A stretch of 64,000 bases of DNA from Eledone cirrhosa (taxonomy: Eukaryota), in contig OZ024743.1 in the NCBI GenBank assembly GCA_964016885.1, forward strand, positions 72,106,001 through 72,170,000. The letters run 5' to 3'. A program made the translations under genes and the position numbers. The notes under the pieces are model-generated. The model did not search any database. It saw only the letters and a program-made list of their open reading frames with translations, and was not told where the DNA came from. Shown here piece after piece: positions 17,601 through 33,200 of this stretch. How positions within the stretch are numbered: the first letter of the stretch is position 1; each line of letters opens with the position of its first letter.

Positions 17601-20600
17601 ACATACAGCTACTTTCTACTCATACAGCTACTTTCTAAACATACAGCTACTTTCTAAACATACAGCTACTTTCTACACATACAGCTACTTTCTACACATG
17701 TAGCTAGTTTCTACACATACAGCTACTTTCTACACATACAGCTACTTTCTACTCATACAGCTACTTTCTAAACATACAGCTACTTTCTACACATACAGCT
17801 ACTTTCTACACATACAGCTACTTTCTACAGATACAGCTAGTCTCTACACATACAGCTACTTTCTACACATACAGCTGCTTTCTACACATAGAGCTACTTT
17901 CTACACATACAGCTACTTTCTACTCATACAGCTACTTTCTAAACATACAGCTACTTTCTACACATACAGCTACTTTCTACACATACAGCTACTTTCTACA
18001 GATACAGCTAGTCTCTACACATACAGCTACTTTCTACACATACAGCTACTTTCTACACATGCAGCTACTTTCTACACATACAGCTACTTTCTACACATGC
18101 AGCTGCTTTCTACACATAGAGATAGTTTCTACACATATAGCTACTTTCTACACATACAGCTACTTTCTAAACATACAGCTACTTTCTACACATACAGCTA
18201 CTTTCTACACATACAGCTACTTTCTACAGATACAGCTAGTCTCTACACATACAGCTACTTTCTACACATACAGCTGCTTTCTACACATAGAGCTACTTTC
18301 TACACATACAGCTACTTTCTACTCATACAGCTACTTTCTAAACATACAGCTACTTTCTACACATACAGCTACTTTCTACACATACAGCTACTTTCTACAG
18401 ATACAGCTAGTCTCTACACATACAGCTACTTTCTACACATACAGCTACTTTCTACACATGCAGCTACTTTCTACACATACAGCTACTTTCTACACATGCA
18501 GCTGCTTTCTACACATAGAGATAGTTTCTACACATATAGCTACTTTCTACACATACAGCTACTTTCTACACATACAGCTACTTTCTACACATGCAGCTGC
18601 TTTCTACACATAGAGATAGTTTCTACACATATAGCTACTTTCTACACATACAGCTACTTTCTACACATACAGCTACCTTCTACACATACAGCTACTTTCT
18701 ACACATACAGCTACTTTCTAGACATACAGCAACTTTCTACAAATAGAGCTACTTTCTACACATACAGCTACCTTCTACACATGCAGCTGCTTTCTACACA
18801 TAGAGATAGTTTCTACACATACAGCTACTTTCTACACATATAGCTACTTTCTACACATACAGCTACTTTCTACACATACAGCTACCTTCTACACATACAG
18901 CTACTTTCTACACATACAGCTACCTTCTACACATACAGCTACTTTCTACACATACAGCTACTTTCTAGACATACAGCTACTTTCTACACATACAGCTACC
19001 TTCTACACATACAGCTACTTTCTACACATACAGCTACTTTCTAGACATACAGCAACTTTCTACACATACAGCTACTTTCTACACATACAGCTAGTTTCTA
19101 CACATACAGCTACTTTCTAGACATACAGCAACTTTCTACAAATAGAGCTACTTTCTACACATACAGCTACCTTCTACACATACAGCTACTTTCTACACAT
19201 ACAGCTACTTTCTACACATACAGCAACTTTCTACACATACAGCTAGTTTCTACACATACAGCTACTTTCTACACATAGAGCTACTTTCTACACATACAGC
19301 TGCTTTCTAAACATACAGCTACTTTCTACACATACAGCTACTTTCTACACATACAGCTAGTTTCTACACATACAGCTACTTTCTACACATAGAGCTACTT
19401 TCTACACATACAGCTAGTTTCTACACATACAGCTACTTTCTACACATAGAGCTACTTTCTACACATACAGCTAGTTTCTACACATACAGCTACTTTCTAC
19501 ACATAGAGCTACTTTCTACACATACAGCTGCTTTCTAAACATACAGCTACTTTCTACACATACAGCTACTTTCTACACATACAGCTACTTTTTACACATA
19601 CAGCTACTTTCTAGACATACAGCTACTTTCTACAAATAGAGCTACTTTCTACACATAGAGCTACTTTCTACACATACAGCTACTTTTTACACATACAGCT
19701 ACTTTCTAGACATACAGCTACTTTCTACAAATAGAGCTACTTTCTACACATAGAGCTACTTTCTACACATACAGCTACTTTCTAGACATACAGCTACTTT
19801 CTACAAATAGAGCTAGTTTCTACACATACAGCTACTTTCTACACATACAGCTACTTTCTACACATACAGCTACTTTCTACACATACAGCTAGTTTCTACA
19901 CATACAGCTACTTTCTACACATACAGCTACTTTCTACACATACAGCTACTTTCTACACATACAGCTACTTTCTACACATACAGCTAGTTTCTAGACATAC
20001 AGCTACTTTCTACACATACAGCTACTTTCTACACATGCATCTACTTTCTACACATACAGCTACTTTCTACACATACAGCTACTTTCTACACATACAGCTA
20101 CTTTCTACACATACAGCTAGTTTCTACACATACAGCTACTTTCTACACATACAGCTACTTTCTACACATACAGCTACTTTCTACACATACAGCTACTTTC
20201 TACACATACAGCTAGTTTCTAGACATACAGCTACTTTCTACACATACAGCTACTTTCTACACATGCATCTACTTTCTACACATACAGCTACTTTCTACAC
20301 ATACAGCTACTTTCTACACATACAGCTAGTTTCTAGACATACAGCTACTTTCTACACATACAGCTACTTTCTACACATACAGCTACTTTCTACACATACA
20401 GCTACTTTCTACACATACAGCTACTTTCTACACATACAGCTACTTTCTACACATACAGCTACTTTCTACACATACAGCTGCTTTCTACACATACAGCTAC
20501 TTTTCACACATACAGCTACTTTCTACACATACAGCTACTTTCTACACATACAGCTACTTTCTACACATACAGCTACTTTCTACAAATAGAGCTACTTTCT

Positions 20601-22341
20601 ACACATACAGCTACTTTCTACACATACAGCTACTTTCTACACATACAGCTACTTTCTACACATACAGCTACTTTTCACACATACAGCTACTTTCTACACA
20701 TACAGCTACTTTCTACACATACAGCTACTTTCTACACATAGAGCTAGTTTCTACACATACAGCTACTTTCTACACATACAGCTACTTTCTACACATACAG
20801 CTACTTTCTACACATACAACTACTTTCTACACATACAGCTACTTTCTACACATACAGCTACTTTCTACACATACAGCTGCTTTCTACACATACAGCTACT
20901 TTTCACACATACAGCTACTTTCTACACATACAGCTACTTTCTACACATACAGCTACTTTCTACTCATACAGCTACTTTCTACACATACAGCTAGTTTCTA
21001 CACATACAGCTACTTTCTACACATAGAGCTAGTTTCTACACATACAGCTACTTTCTACACATACAGCTACTTTCTACACATACAGCTACTTTCTACACAT
21101 ACAGCTACTTTCTACACATACAGCTACTTTCTACACATACAGCTGCTTTCTACACATACAGCTAGTTTCTACACATACAGCTACTTTCTACAGATACAGC
21201 TACTTTCTACAGATACAGCTACTTTCTACACATACAGCTACTTTCTACACATACCGCTACTTTCTACTCATACAGCTACTTTCTACACATACAGCTACTT
21301 TCTACACATACAGCTAATTTCTACACATACAGCTACTTTCTACACATACAGCTACTTTCTACAGATACAGCTACTTTCTACAGATACAGCTACTTTCTAC
21401 ACATACAGCTACTTTCTACACATACAGCTACTTTCTACACATACAGCTACTTTCTACACATACAGCTACTTTCTACAGATACAGCTACTTTCTACAGATA
21501 CAGCTACTTTCTACACATACAGCTACTTTCTACACATACAGCTACTTTCTACAGATACAGCTACTTTCTACACATACAGCTACTTTCTACACATACAGCT
21601 GCTTTCTACACATACAGCTACTTTTCACACATACAGCTACTTTCTACACATACAGCTACTTTCTACACATACAGCTACTTTCTACACATACAGCTACTTT
21701 CTACAGATACAGCTACTTTCTACAGATACAGCTACTTTCTACACATACAGCTACTTTCTACACATACCGCTACTTTCTACACATACAGCTACTTTCTACA
21801 CATACAGCTACTTTCTACACATACAGCTACTTTCTACTCATACAGCTACTTTCTACACATACAGCTAGTTTCTACACATACAGCTACTTTCTACACATAG
21901 AGCTAGTTTCTACACATACAGCTACTTTCTACACATACAGCTACTTTCTACACATACAGCTACTTTCTACACATACAGCTGCTTTCTACACATACAGCTA
22001 GTTTCTACACATACAGCTACTTTCTACAGATACAGCTACTTTCTACAGATACAGCTACTTTCTACACATACAGCTACTTTCTACACATACCGCTACTTTC
22101 TACTCATACAGCTACTTTCTACACATACAGCTACTTTCTACACATGTAGCTAGTTTCTACACATACAGCTACTTTCTACACATACAGCTACTTTCTACAC
22201 ATACAGCTAGTTTCTACACATACAGCTACTTTCTACACATACAGCTACTTTCTACACATACAGCTACTTTCTACAGATACAGCTAGTTTCTACACATACA
22301 GCTGCTTTCTACACATACAGCTAGTTTCTACACATACAGCT
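2626..22341. repeat. Tandem duplication of a ~9.85-kb satellite block (about 2626-12482 and 12466-22341)
   Basis: Identical variant patterns and ORF translations at offset 9840 (4402/14242, 5523/15363), then 9859 (7232/17091, 10176/20035). 9840 = 518x19-2, matching the two 18-bp monomers (AGCTAGTTCTAC) near 7050 and 7470. Confidence 0.93.
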
Positions 22342-25300
22342 ACTTTCTACACATACAGCTACTTTCTACACATACAGCTACTTTCTACACATACAGCTAC
22401 GTTCTACACATACAGCTACTTTCTACACATACAGCTACTTTCTACAGATACAGCTACTTTCTACACATACAGCTACTTTCTACACATACAGCTACTTTCT
22501 ACACATACAGCTACTTTCTACACATACAGCTACTTTCTACACATACAGCTGCTTTCTACACATACAGCTTGTTTCTACACATACAGCTACTTTCTAGACA
22601 TACAGCTACTTTCTACACATACAGCTACTTTCTACACATACAGCTACTTTCTACACATACAGCTACTTTCTAAACATACAGCTACTTTCTAGACATACAG
22701 CTACTTTCTACACATACTGCTAGTTTCTACACATACAGCTACTTTCTACACATACAGCTACTTTCTACACATACAGCTACTTTCTACACATACAGCTACT
22801 TTCTACACATACAGCTACTTTCTACACATACAGCTACTTTCTACAGATACAGCTAGTTTCTACACATAGAGCTAGTTTCTACACATACAGCTACTTTCTA
22901 CACATACAGCTACTTTCTAGACATACAGCTACTTTCTACACATACAGCTACTTTCTACACATACAGCTGCTTTCTACACATACAGCTACTTTCTACACAT
23001 ACAACTACTTTCTACACATGCAGCTAGTTTCTACAGATACAGCTAGTTTCTACACATACAGCTACTTTCTACACATACAGCTACTTTCTACACATACAGC
23101 TGCTTTCTACACATACAGCTACTTTCTACACATACAACTACTTTCTACACATACAGCTAGTTTCTACAGATACAGCTAGTTTCTACACATACAGCTGCTT
23201 TCTTCACATACAGCTACTTTCTACACATACAGCTACTTTCTACACATACAGCTACTTTCTACACATACAGCTACTTTCTACACATACAGCTACTTTCTAC
23301 ACATACAGCTACTTTCTACACATACAGCTAGTTTCTACACATGCAGCTACTTTCTACACATACAGCAACTTTCTACACATACAGCTACTTTCTACAGATA
23401 CAGCTACTTTCTACACATACAGCTACTTTCTACAGATACAGCTACTTTCTACACATACAGCTACTTTCTACACATACAGCTACTTTCTACACATACAGCT
23501 ACTTTCTACACATACAGCTACTTTCTACACATACAGCTACTTTCTACAGATACAGCTAGTTTCTACACATACAGCTGCTTTCTACACATACAGCTACTTT
23601 CTACACATACAGCTACTTTCTACACATACAGCTACTTTCTACAGATACAGCTACTTTCTACACATACAGCTAGTTTCTACACATACAGCTACTTTCTACA
23701 GATACAGCTAGTTTCTACACATACAGCTACTTTCTACACATACAGCTACTTTCTACACATACAGCTACTTTCTACACATACAGCTACTTTCTACACATAC
23801 AGCTAGTTTCTACACATGCAGCTACTTTCTACACATACAGCTACTTTCTACACATACAGCTACTTTCTACACATACAGCTACTTTCTACACATACAGCTA
23901 CTTTCTACACATACAGCTACTTTCTACAGATACAGCTAGTTTCTACACATACAGCTACCTTCTACACATACAGCTGCTTTCTACACATACAGCTACTTTC
24001 TACACATACAGCTAGTTTCTACACATGCAGCTAGTTTCTACACATACAGCTACTTTCTACACATACAGCTACTTTCTACACATACAGCTAGTTTCTACAC
24101 ATACAGCTACTTTCTACACATACAGCTACTTTCTACACATACAGCTACTTTCTACAGATACAGCTAGTTTCTACACATACAGCTACCTTCTACACATACA
24201 GCTGCTTTCTACACATACAGCTACTTTCTACACATACAACTACTTTCGACACATACAGCTACTTTCTACACATACTGCTGCTTTCTACACATACAGCTAC
24301 TTTCTACACATACAGCTGCTTTCTACACATACAGCTGCTTTCTACACATACAGCTGCTTTCTACACATACAGCTGCTTTCTACACATGTAGCTACTTTCT
24401 ACACATACAGCTACTTTCTACACATGTAGCTACTTTCTACACATACAGCTACTTTCTACACATACAGCTACTTTCTACACATACAGCTACTTTCTACACA
24501 TACAGCTAGTTTCTACACATACAGCTAGTTTCTACACATACAGCTGCTTTCTACACATACAGCTACTTTCTACACATACAGCTACTTTCTACACATACAG
24601 CTAGTTTCTACACATGCAGCTAGTTTCTACACATACAGCTACTTTCTACACATACAGCTAGTTTCTACACATACAGCTAGTTTCTACACATACAGCTACT
24701 TTCTACACATACAGCTAGTTTCTACACATACAGCTAGTTTCTACACATACAGCTACTTTTTACACATACAGCTGCTTTCTACACATACAGCTGCTTTCTA
24801 CACATGTAGCTACTTTCTACACATACAGCTACTTTCTACACATACAGCTACCTTCTACACATACAGCTACTTTCTACAGATACAGCTACTTTCTACACAT
24901 ACAGCTACTTTCTACACATACAGCTACTTTCTACAAATAGAGCTAGTTTCTACACATACAGCTACTTTCTACACATACAGCTACTTTCTACAAATAGAGC
25001 TAGTTTCTACACATACAGCTACTTTCTACACATACAGTTGTTTTCTACACATACAGCTACTTTCTACACCTAGAGCTAGTTTCCACGCATACAGCTACTT
25101 TCTACACATGCAGCTACTTTCTACACATGCAGCTACTTTCTACACATACAGCTACTTTCTACACATGCAGCTACTTTCTACACATACAGCTACTTTCTAC
25201 ACATACAGCTGCTTTCTACACCTAGAGCTAGTTTCCACGCATACAGCTACTTTCTACACACAGCTACTTTCTACACATACAGCTGCTTTCTACTCATACA

Positions 25301-28300
25301 GATACTTTCTACACATACAGCTACTTTCTACACATACAGCTACTTTCTACACATGCAGCTACTTTCTACACATACATCTACTTTCTAAACATGCAGCTAG
25401 TTTCTACACATACAGCTACCTTCTACACATACAGCTACTTTCTACACATACAGCTACTTTCTACACATACAGCTACTTTCTACACATACAGCTACCTTCT
25501 ACACATACAGCTACTTTCTACACATACAGCTACTTTCTACACATACAGCTACTTTCTACACACAGCTACTTTCTACACATACAGCTGCTTTCTACACATA
25601 CAGCTACTTTCTACACATACAGCTACTTTCTACACATACAGCAACTTTCTACAAATAGAGCTAGTTTCTACACATACAGCTACTTTCTACACATACAGCT
25701 ACTTTCTACACATACAGCTACTTTCTACACACAGCTACTTTCTACACATGCAGCTACTTTCTACAGATACAGCTACTTTCTACAGATACAGCTACTTTCT
25801 ACACATACAGCTACTTTCTACACATACCGCTACTTTCTACTCATACAGCTACTTTCTACACATACAGCTACTTTCTACACATACAGCTAATTTCTACACA
25901 TACAGCTACTTTCTACACATACAGCTACTTTCTACAGATACAGCTACTTTCTACAGATACAGCTACTTTCTACACATACAGCTACTTTCTACACATACAG
26001 CTACTTTCTACACATACAGCTACTTTCTACACATACAGCTACTTTCTACAGATACAGCTACTTTCTACAGATACAGCTACTTTCTACACATACAGCTACT
26101 TTCTACACATACAGCTACTTTCTACAGATACAGCTACTTTCTACACATACAGCTACTTTCTACACATACAGCTGCTTTCTACACATACAGCTACTTTTCA
26201 CACATACAGCTACTTTCTACACATACAGCTACTTTCTACACATACAGCTACTTTCTACACATACAGCTACTTTCTACAGATACAGCTACTTTCTACAGAT
26301 ACAGCTACTTTCTACACATACAGCTACTTTCTACACATACCGCTACTTTCTACACATACAGCTACTTTCTACACATACAGCTACTTTCTACACATACAGC
26401 TACTTTCTACTCATACAGCTACTTTCTACACATACAGCTAGTTTCTACACATACAGCTACTTTCTACACATAGAGCTAGTTTCTACACATACAGCTACTT
26501 TCTACACATACAGCTACTTTCTACACATACAGCTACTTTCTACACATACAGCTGCTTTCTACACATACAGCTAGTTTCTACACATACAGCTACTTTCTAC
26601 AGATACAGCTACTTTCTACAGATACAGCTACTTTCTACACATACAGCTACTTTCTACACATACCGCTACTTTCTACTCATACAGCTACTTTCTACACATA
26701 CAGCTACTTTCTACACATGTAGCTAGTTTCTACACATACAGCTACTTTCTACACATACAGCTACTTTCTACACATACAGCTAGTTTCTACACATACAGCT
26801 ACTTTCTACACATACAGCTACTTTCTACACATACAGCTACTTTCTACAGATACAGCTAGTTTCTACACATACAGCTGCTTTCTACACATACAGCTAGTTT
26901 CTACACATACAGCTACTTTCTACACATACAGCTACTTTCTACACATACAGCTACTTTCTACACATACAGCTACGTTCTACACATACAGCTACTTTCTACA
27001 CATACAGCTACTTTCTACAGATACAGCTACTTTCTACACATACAGCTACTTTCTACACATACAGCTACTTTCTACACATACAGCTACTTTCTACACATAC
27101 AGCTACTTTCTACACATACAGCTGCTTTCTACACATACAGCTTGTTTCTACACATACAGCTACTTTCTAGACATACAGCTACTTTCTACACATACAGCTA
27201 CTTTCTACACATACAGCTACTTTCTACACATACAGCTACTTTCTAAACATACAGCTACTTTCTAGACATACAGCTACTTTCTACACATACTGCTAGTTTC
27301 TACACATACAGCTACTTTCTACACATACAGCTACTTTCTACACATACAGCTACTTTCTACACATACAGCTACTTTCTACACATACAGCTACTTTCTACAC
27401 ATACAGCTACTTTCTACAGATACAGCTAGTTTCTACACATAGAGCTAGTTTCTACACATACAGCTACTTTCTACACATACAGCTACTTTCTAGACATACA
27501 GCTACTTTCTACACATACAGCTACTTTCTACACATACAGCTGCTTTCTACACATACAGCTACTTTCTACACATACAACTACTTTCTACACATGCAGCTAG
27601 TTTCTACAGATACAGCTAGTTTCTACACATACAGCTACTTTCTACACATACAGCTACTTTCTACACATACAGCTGCTTTCTACACATACAGCTACTTTCT
27701 ACACATACAACTACTTTCTACACATACAGCTAGTTTCTACAGATACAGCTAGTTTCTACACATACAGCTGCTTTCTTCACATACAGCTACTTTCTACACA
27801 TACAGCTACTTTCTACACATACAGCTACTTTCTACACATACAGCTACTTTCTACACATACAGCTACTTTCTACACATACAGCTACTTTCTACACATACAG
27901 CTAGTTTCTACACATGCAGCTACTTTCTACACATACAGCAACTTTCTACACATACAGCTACTTTCTACAGATACAGCTACTTTCTACACATACAGCTACT
28001 TTCTACAGATACAGCTACTTTCTACACATACAGCTACTTTCTACACATACAGCTACTTTCTACACATACAGCTACTTTCTACACATACAGCTACTTTCTA
28101 CACATACAGCTACTTTCTACAGATACAGCTAGTTTCTACACATACAGCTGCTTTCTACACATACAGCTACTTTCTACACATACAGCTACTTTCTACACAT
28201 ACAGCTACTTTCTACAGATACAGCTACTTTCTACACATACAGCTAGTTTCTACACATACAGCTACTTTCTACAGATACAGCTAGTTTCTACACATACAGC

Positions 28301-30286
28301 TACTTTCTACACATACAGCTACTTTCTACACATACAGCTACTTTCTACACATACAGCTACTTTCTACACATACAGCTAGTTTCTACACATGCAGCTACTT
28401 TCTACACATACAGCTACTTTCTACACATACAGCTACTTTCTACACATACAGCTACTTTCTACACATACAGCTACTTTCTACACATACAGCTACTTTCTAC
28501 AGATACAGCTAGTTTCTACACATACAGCTACCTTCTACACATACAGCTGCTTTCTACACATACAGCTACTTTCTACACATACAGCTAGTTTCTACACATG
28601 CAGCTAGTTTCTACACATACAGCTACTTTCTACACATACAGCTACTTTCTACACATACAGCTAGTTTCTACACATACAGCTACTTTCTACACATACAGCT
28701 ACTTTCTACACATACAGCTACTTTCTACAGATACAGCTAGTTTCTACACATACAGCTACCTTCTACACATACAGCTGCTTTCTACACATACAGCTACTTT
28801 CTACACATACAACTACTTTCGACACATACAGCTACTTTCTACACATACTGCTGCTTTCTACACATACAGCTACTTTCTACACATACAGCTGCTTTCTACA
28901 CATACAGCTGCTTTCTACACATACAGCTGCTTTCTACACATACAGCTGCTTTCTACACATGTAGCTACTTTCTACACATACAGCTACTTTCTACACATGT
29001 AGCTACTTTCTACACATACAGCTACTTTCTACACATACAGCTACTTTCTACACATACAGCTACTTTCTACACATACAGCTAGTTTCTACACATACAGCTA
29101 GTTTCTACACATACAGCTGCTTTCTACACATACAGCTACTTTCTACACATACAGCTACTTTCTACACATACAGCTAGTTTCTACACATGCAGCTAGTTTC
29201 TACACATACAGCTACTTTCTACACATACAGCTAGTTTCTACACATACAGCTAGTTTCTACACATACAGCTACTTTCTACACATACAGCTAGTTTCTACAC
29301 ATACAGCTAGTTTCTACACATACAGCTACTTTTTACACATACAGCTGCTTTCTACACATACAGCTGCTTTCTACACATGTAGCTACTTTCTACACATACA
29401 GCTACTTTCTACACATACAGCTACCTTCTACACATACAGCTACTTTCTACAGATACAGCTACTTTCTACACATACAGCTACTTTCTACACATACAGCTAC
29501 TTTCTACAAATAGAGCTAGTTTCTACACATACAGCTACTTTCTACACATACAGCTACTTTCTACAAATAGAGCTAGTTTCTACACATACAGCTACTTTCT
29601 ACACATACAGTTGTTTTCTACACATACAGCTACTTTCTACACCTAGAGCTAGTTTCCACGCATACAGCTACTTTCTACACATGCAGCTACTTTCTACACA
29701 TGCAGCTACTTTCTACACATACAGCTACTTTCTACACATGCAGCTACTTTCTACACATACAGCTACTTTCTACACATACAGCTGCTTTCTACACCTAGAG
29801 CTAGTTTCCACGCATACAGCTACTTTCTACACACAGCTACTTTCTACACATACAGCTGCTTTCTACTCATACAGATACTTTCTACACATACAGCTACTTT
29901 CTACACATACAGCTACTTTCTACACATGCAGCTACTTTCTACACATACATCTACTTTCTAAACATGCAGCTAGTTTCTACACATACAGCTACCTTCTACA
30001 CATACAGCTACTTTCTACACATACAGCTACTTTCTACACATACAGCTACTTTCTACACATACAGCTACCTTCTACACATACAGCTACTTTCTACACATAC
30101 AGCTACTTTCTACACATACAGCTACTTTCTACACACAGCTACTTTCTACACATACAGCTGCTTTCTACACATACAGCTACTTTCTACACATACAGCTACT
30201 TTCTACACATACAGCAACTTTCTACAAATAGAGCTAGTTTCTACACATACAGCTACTTTCTACACATACAGCTACTTTCTACACAT
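21178..30286. repeat. Tandem duplication of a ~4.57-kb satellite block (about 21178-25713 and 25751-30286)
   Basis: Identical ORFs at offset 4573 (23341/27914, 24025/28598, 25108/29681). 4573 = 241x19-6, matching three 17-bp monomers near 25260, 25560 and 25730. Confidence 0.92.
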
Positions 30287-33200
30287 GCAGCTACTTTCTA
30301 CACATACAGCTACTTTCTACACATACAGCTACTTTCTACACATACAGCAACTTTCTACAAATAGAGCTAGTTTCTACACATACAGCTACTTTCTACACAT
30401 ACAGCTACTTTCTACACATACAGCTACTTTCTACACATACAGCTACTTTCTACACATACAGCTACTTTCTACACATACAGCTACTTTCTACACATACAGC
30501 TACTTTCTACACATACAGCTACTTTCTACACATACAGCTACTTTCTACACATACAGCTACTTTCTACACATACAGCTGCTTTCTACACATACAGCTGCTT
30601 TCTACACATACAGCTGCTTTCTACACATACAGCTGCTTTCTACACATACAGCTACTTTCTACACATACAGCTACTTTCTACACATACAGCAACTTTCTAC
30701 AAATAGAGCTAGTTTCTACACATACAGCTACTTTCTACACATACAGCTACTTTCTACACATACAGCTACTTTCTACACATACAGCTACTTTCTACACATA
30801 CAGCTACTTTCTACACATACAGCTACTTTCTACACATACAGCTACTTTCTACACATACAGCTACTTTCTACACATACAGCTACTTTCTACACATACAGCT
30901 ACTTTCTACACACAGCTACTTTCTACACATACAGCTACTTTCTACACATACAGCTACTTTCTACACACAGCTACTTTCTACACATACAGCTACTTTCTAC
31001 ACATACAGCTACTTTCTACACATACAGCTACTTTCTACACATACAGCTACTTTCTACACATACAGCTACTTTCTACACACAGCTACTTTCTACACATACA
31101 GCTACTTTCTACACATACAGCTACTTTCTACACATACAGCTACTTTCTACACATACAGCTACTTTCTACACATACAGCTACTTTCTACACACAACTACTT
31201 TCTACACATACAGCTACTTTCTACACATACAGCTACTTTCTACACATACAGCTACTTTCTACACATACAGCTACTTTCTACACATACAGCTACTTTCTAC
31301 ACACAGCTACTTTCTACACATACAGCTACTTTCTACACATACAGCTACTTTCTACACACAGCTACTTTCTACACATACAGCTGCTTTCTACACATACAGC
31401 TACTTTCTACACATACAGCTACTTTCTACACATACAGCTACTTTCTACACATACAGCAACTTTCTACAAATAGAGCTAGTTTCTACACATACAGCTACTT
31501 TCTACACATACAGCTGCTTTCTACACATACAGCTACTTTCTACACATACAGCTACTTTCTACACACAGCTACTTTCTACACATACAGCTGCTTTCTACAC
31601 ATACAGCTACTTTCTACACATACAGCTACTTTCTACACATACAGCTACTTTCTACACATGCAGCTACTTTCTACACATACAGCTACTTTCTACACATACA
31701 GCTACTTTCTACACATACAGCAACTTTCTACACATACAGCTACTTTCTACACATACAGCTACTTTCTACACATGCAGCTACTTTCTACACATACAGCTAC
31801 TTTCTACACATACAGCTACTTTCTACACATACAGCAACTTTCTACACATACAGCTACTTTCTACACATACAGCAACTTTCTACACATACAGCTACTTTCT
31901 ACACATACAGCAACTTTCTACAAATAGAGCTAGTTTCTACACATACAGCTACTTTCTACACATACAGCTACTTTCTAAACATACAGCTACTTTCTACACA
32001 TACAGCTACTTTCTACACATACAGCTACTTTCTACACATACAGCAACTTTCTACAAATAGAGCTACTTTCTACACATACAGCTAGTTTCTACACATACAG
32101 CTACTTTCTACACATACAGCTGCTTTCTAAACATACAGCTACTTTCTACACATACAGCTACTTTCTACACATACAGCTACTTTCTACACATACAGCTACT
32201 TTCTACACATACAGCTACTTTCTACACACAGCTACTTTCTACACATACAGCTGCTTTCTACACATACAGCTACTTTCTACACATACAGCTACTTTCTACA
32301 CATACAGCTACTTTCTACACATGCAGCTACTTTCTACACATACAGCTACTTTCTACACATACCGCTGCTTTCTACACATAGAGCTAGTTTCTACACATGC
32401 AGCTACTTTCTACACATACAGCTGCTTTCTACACATACAGCTACTTTCTACACATGCAGCTACTTTCTACACATACAGCTGCTTTCTACACATACATCTA
32501 CTTTCTACACATACAGCTACTTTCTACACATACAGCTACTTTCTACACATACAGCTACTTTATACACATACAGCTACTTTCTACACATGCAGCTACTTTA
32601 TACACATACAGCTACTTTCTACACATACCGCTGCTTTCTACACATAGAGCTAGTTTCTACACATGCAGCTACTTTCTACACATACAGCTGCTTTCTACAC
32701 ATACATCTACTTTCTACACATACAGCTACTTTCTACACATACAGCTACTTTCTACACATACAGCTACTTTATACACATACAGCTACTTTCTACACATACA
32801 GCTACTTTATACACATACAGCTACTTTCTACACATACCGCTGCTTTCTACACATAGAGCTAGTTTCTACACATGCAGCTACTTTATACACATACAGCTAC
32901 TTTCTACACATACAGCTACTTTATACACATACAGCTACTTTCTACACATACCGCTGCTTTCTACACATACAGCTACTTTCTACACATGCAGCTACTTTCT
33001 ACACATACAGCTGCTTTCTACACATACAGCTGCTTTCTACACATGCAGCTACTTTCTACAGATACAGCTACTTTCTACACATGCAGCTACTTTATACACA
33101 TACAGCTACTTTCTACACATACAGCTACTTTATACACATACAGCTACTTTCTACAGATACAGCTACTTTCTACACATACAGCTACTTTCTACACATACAG

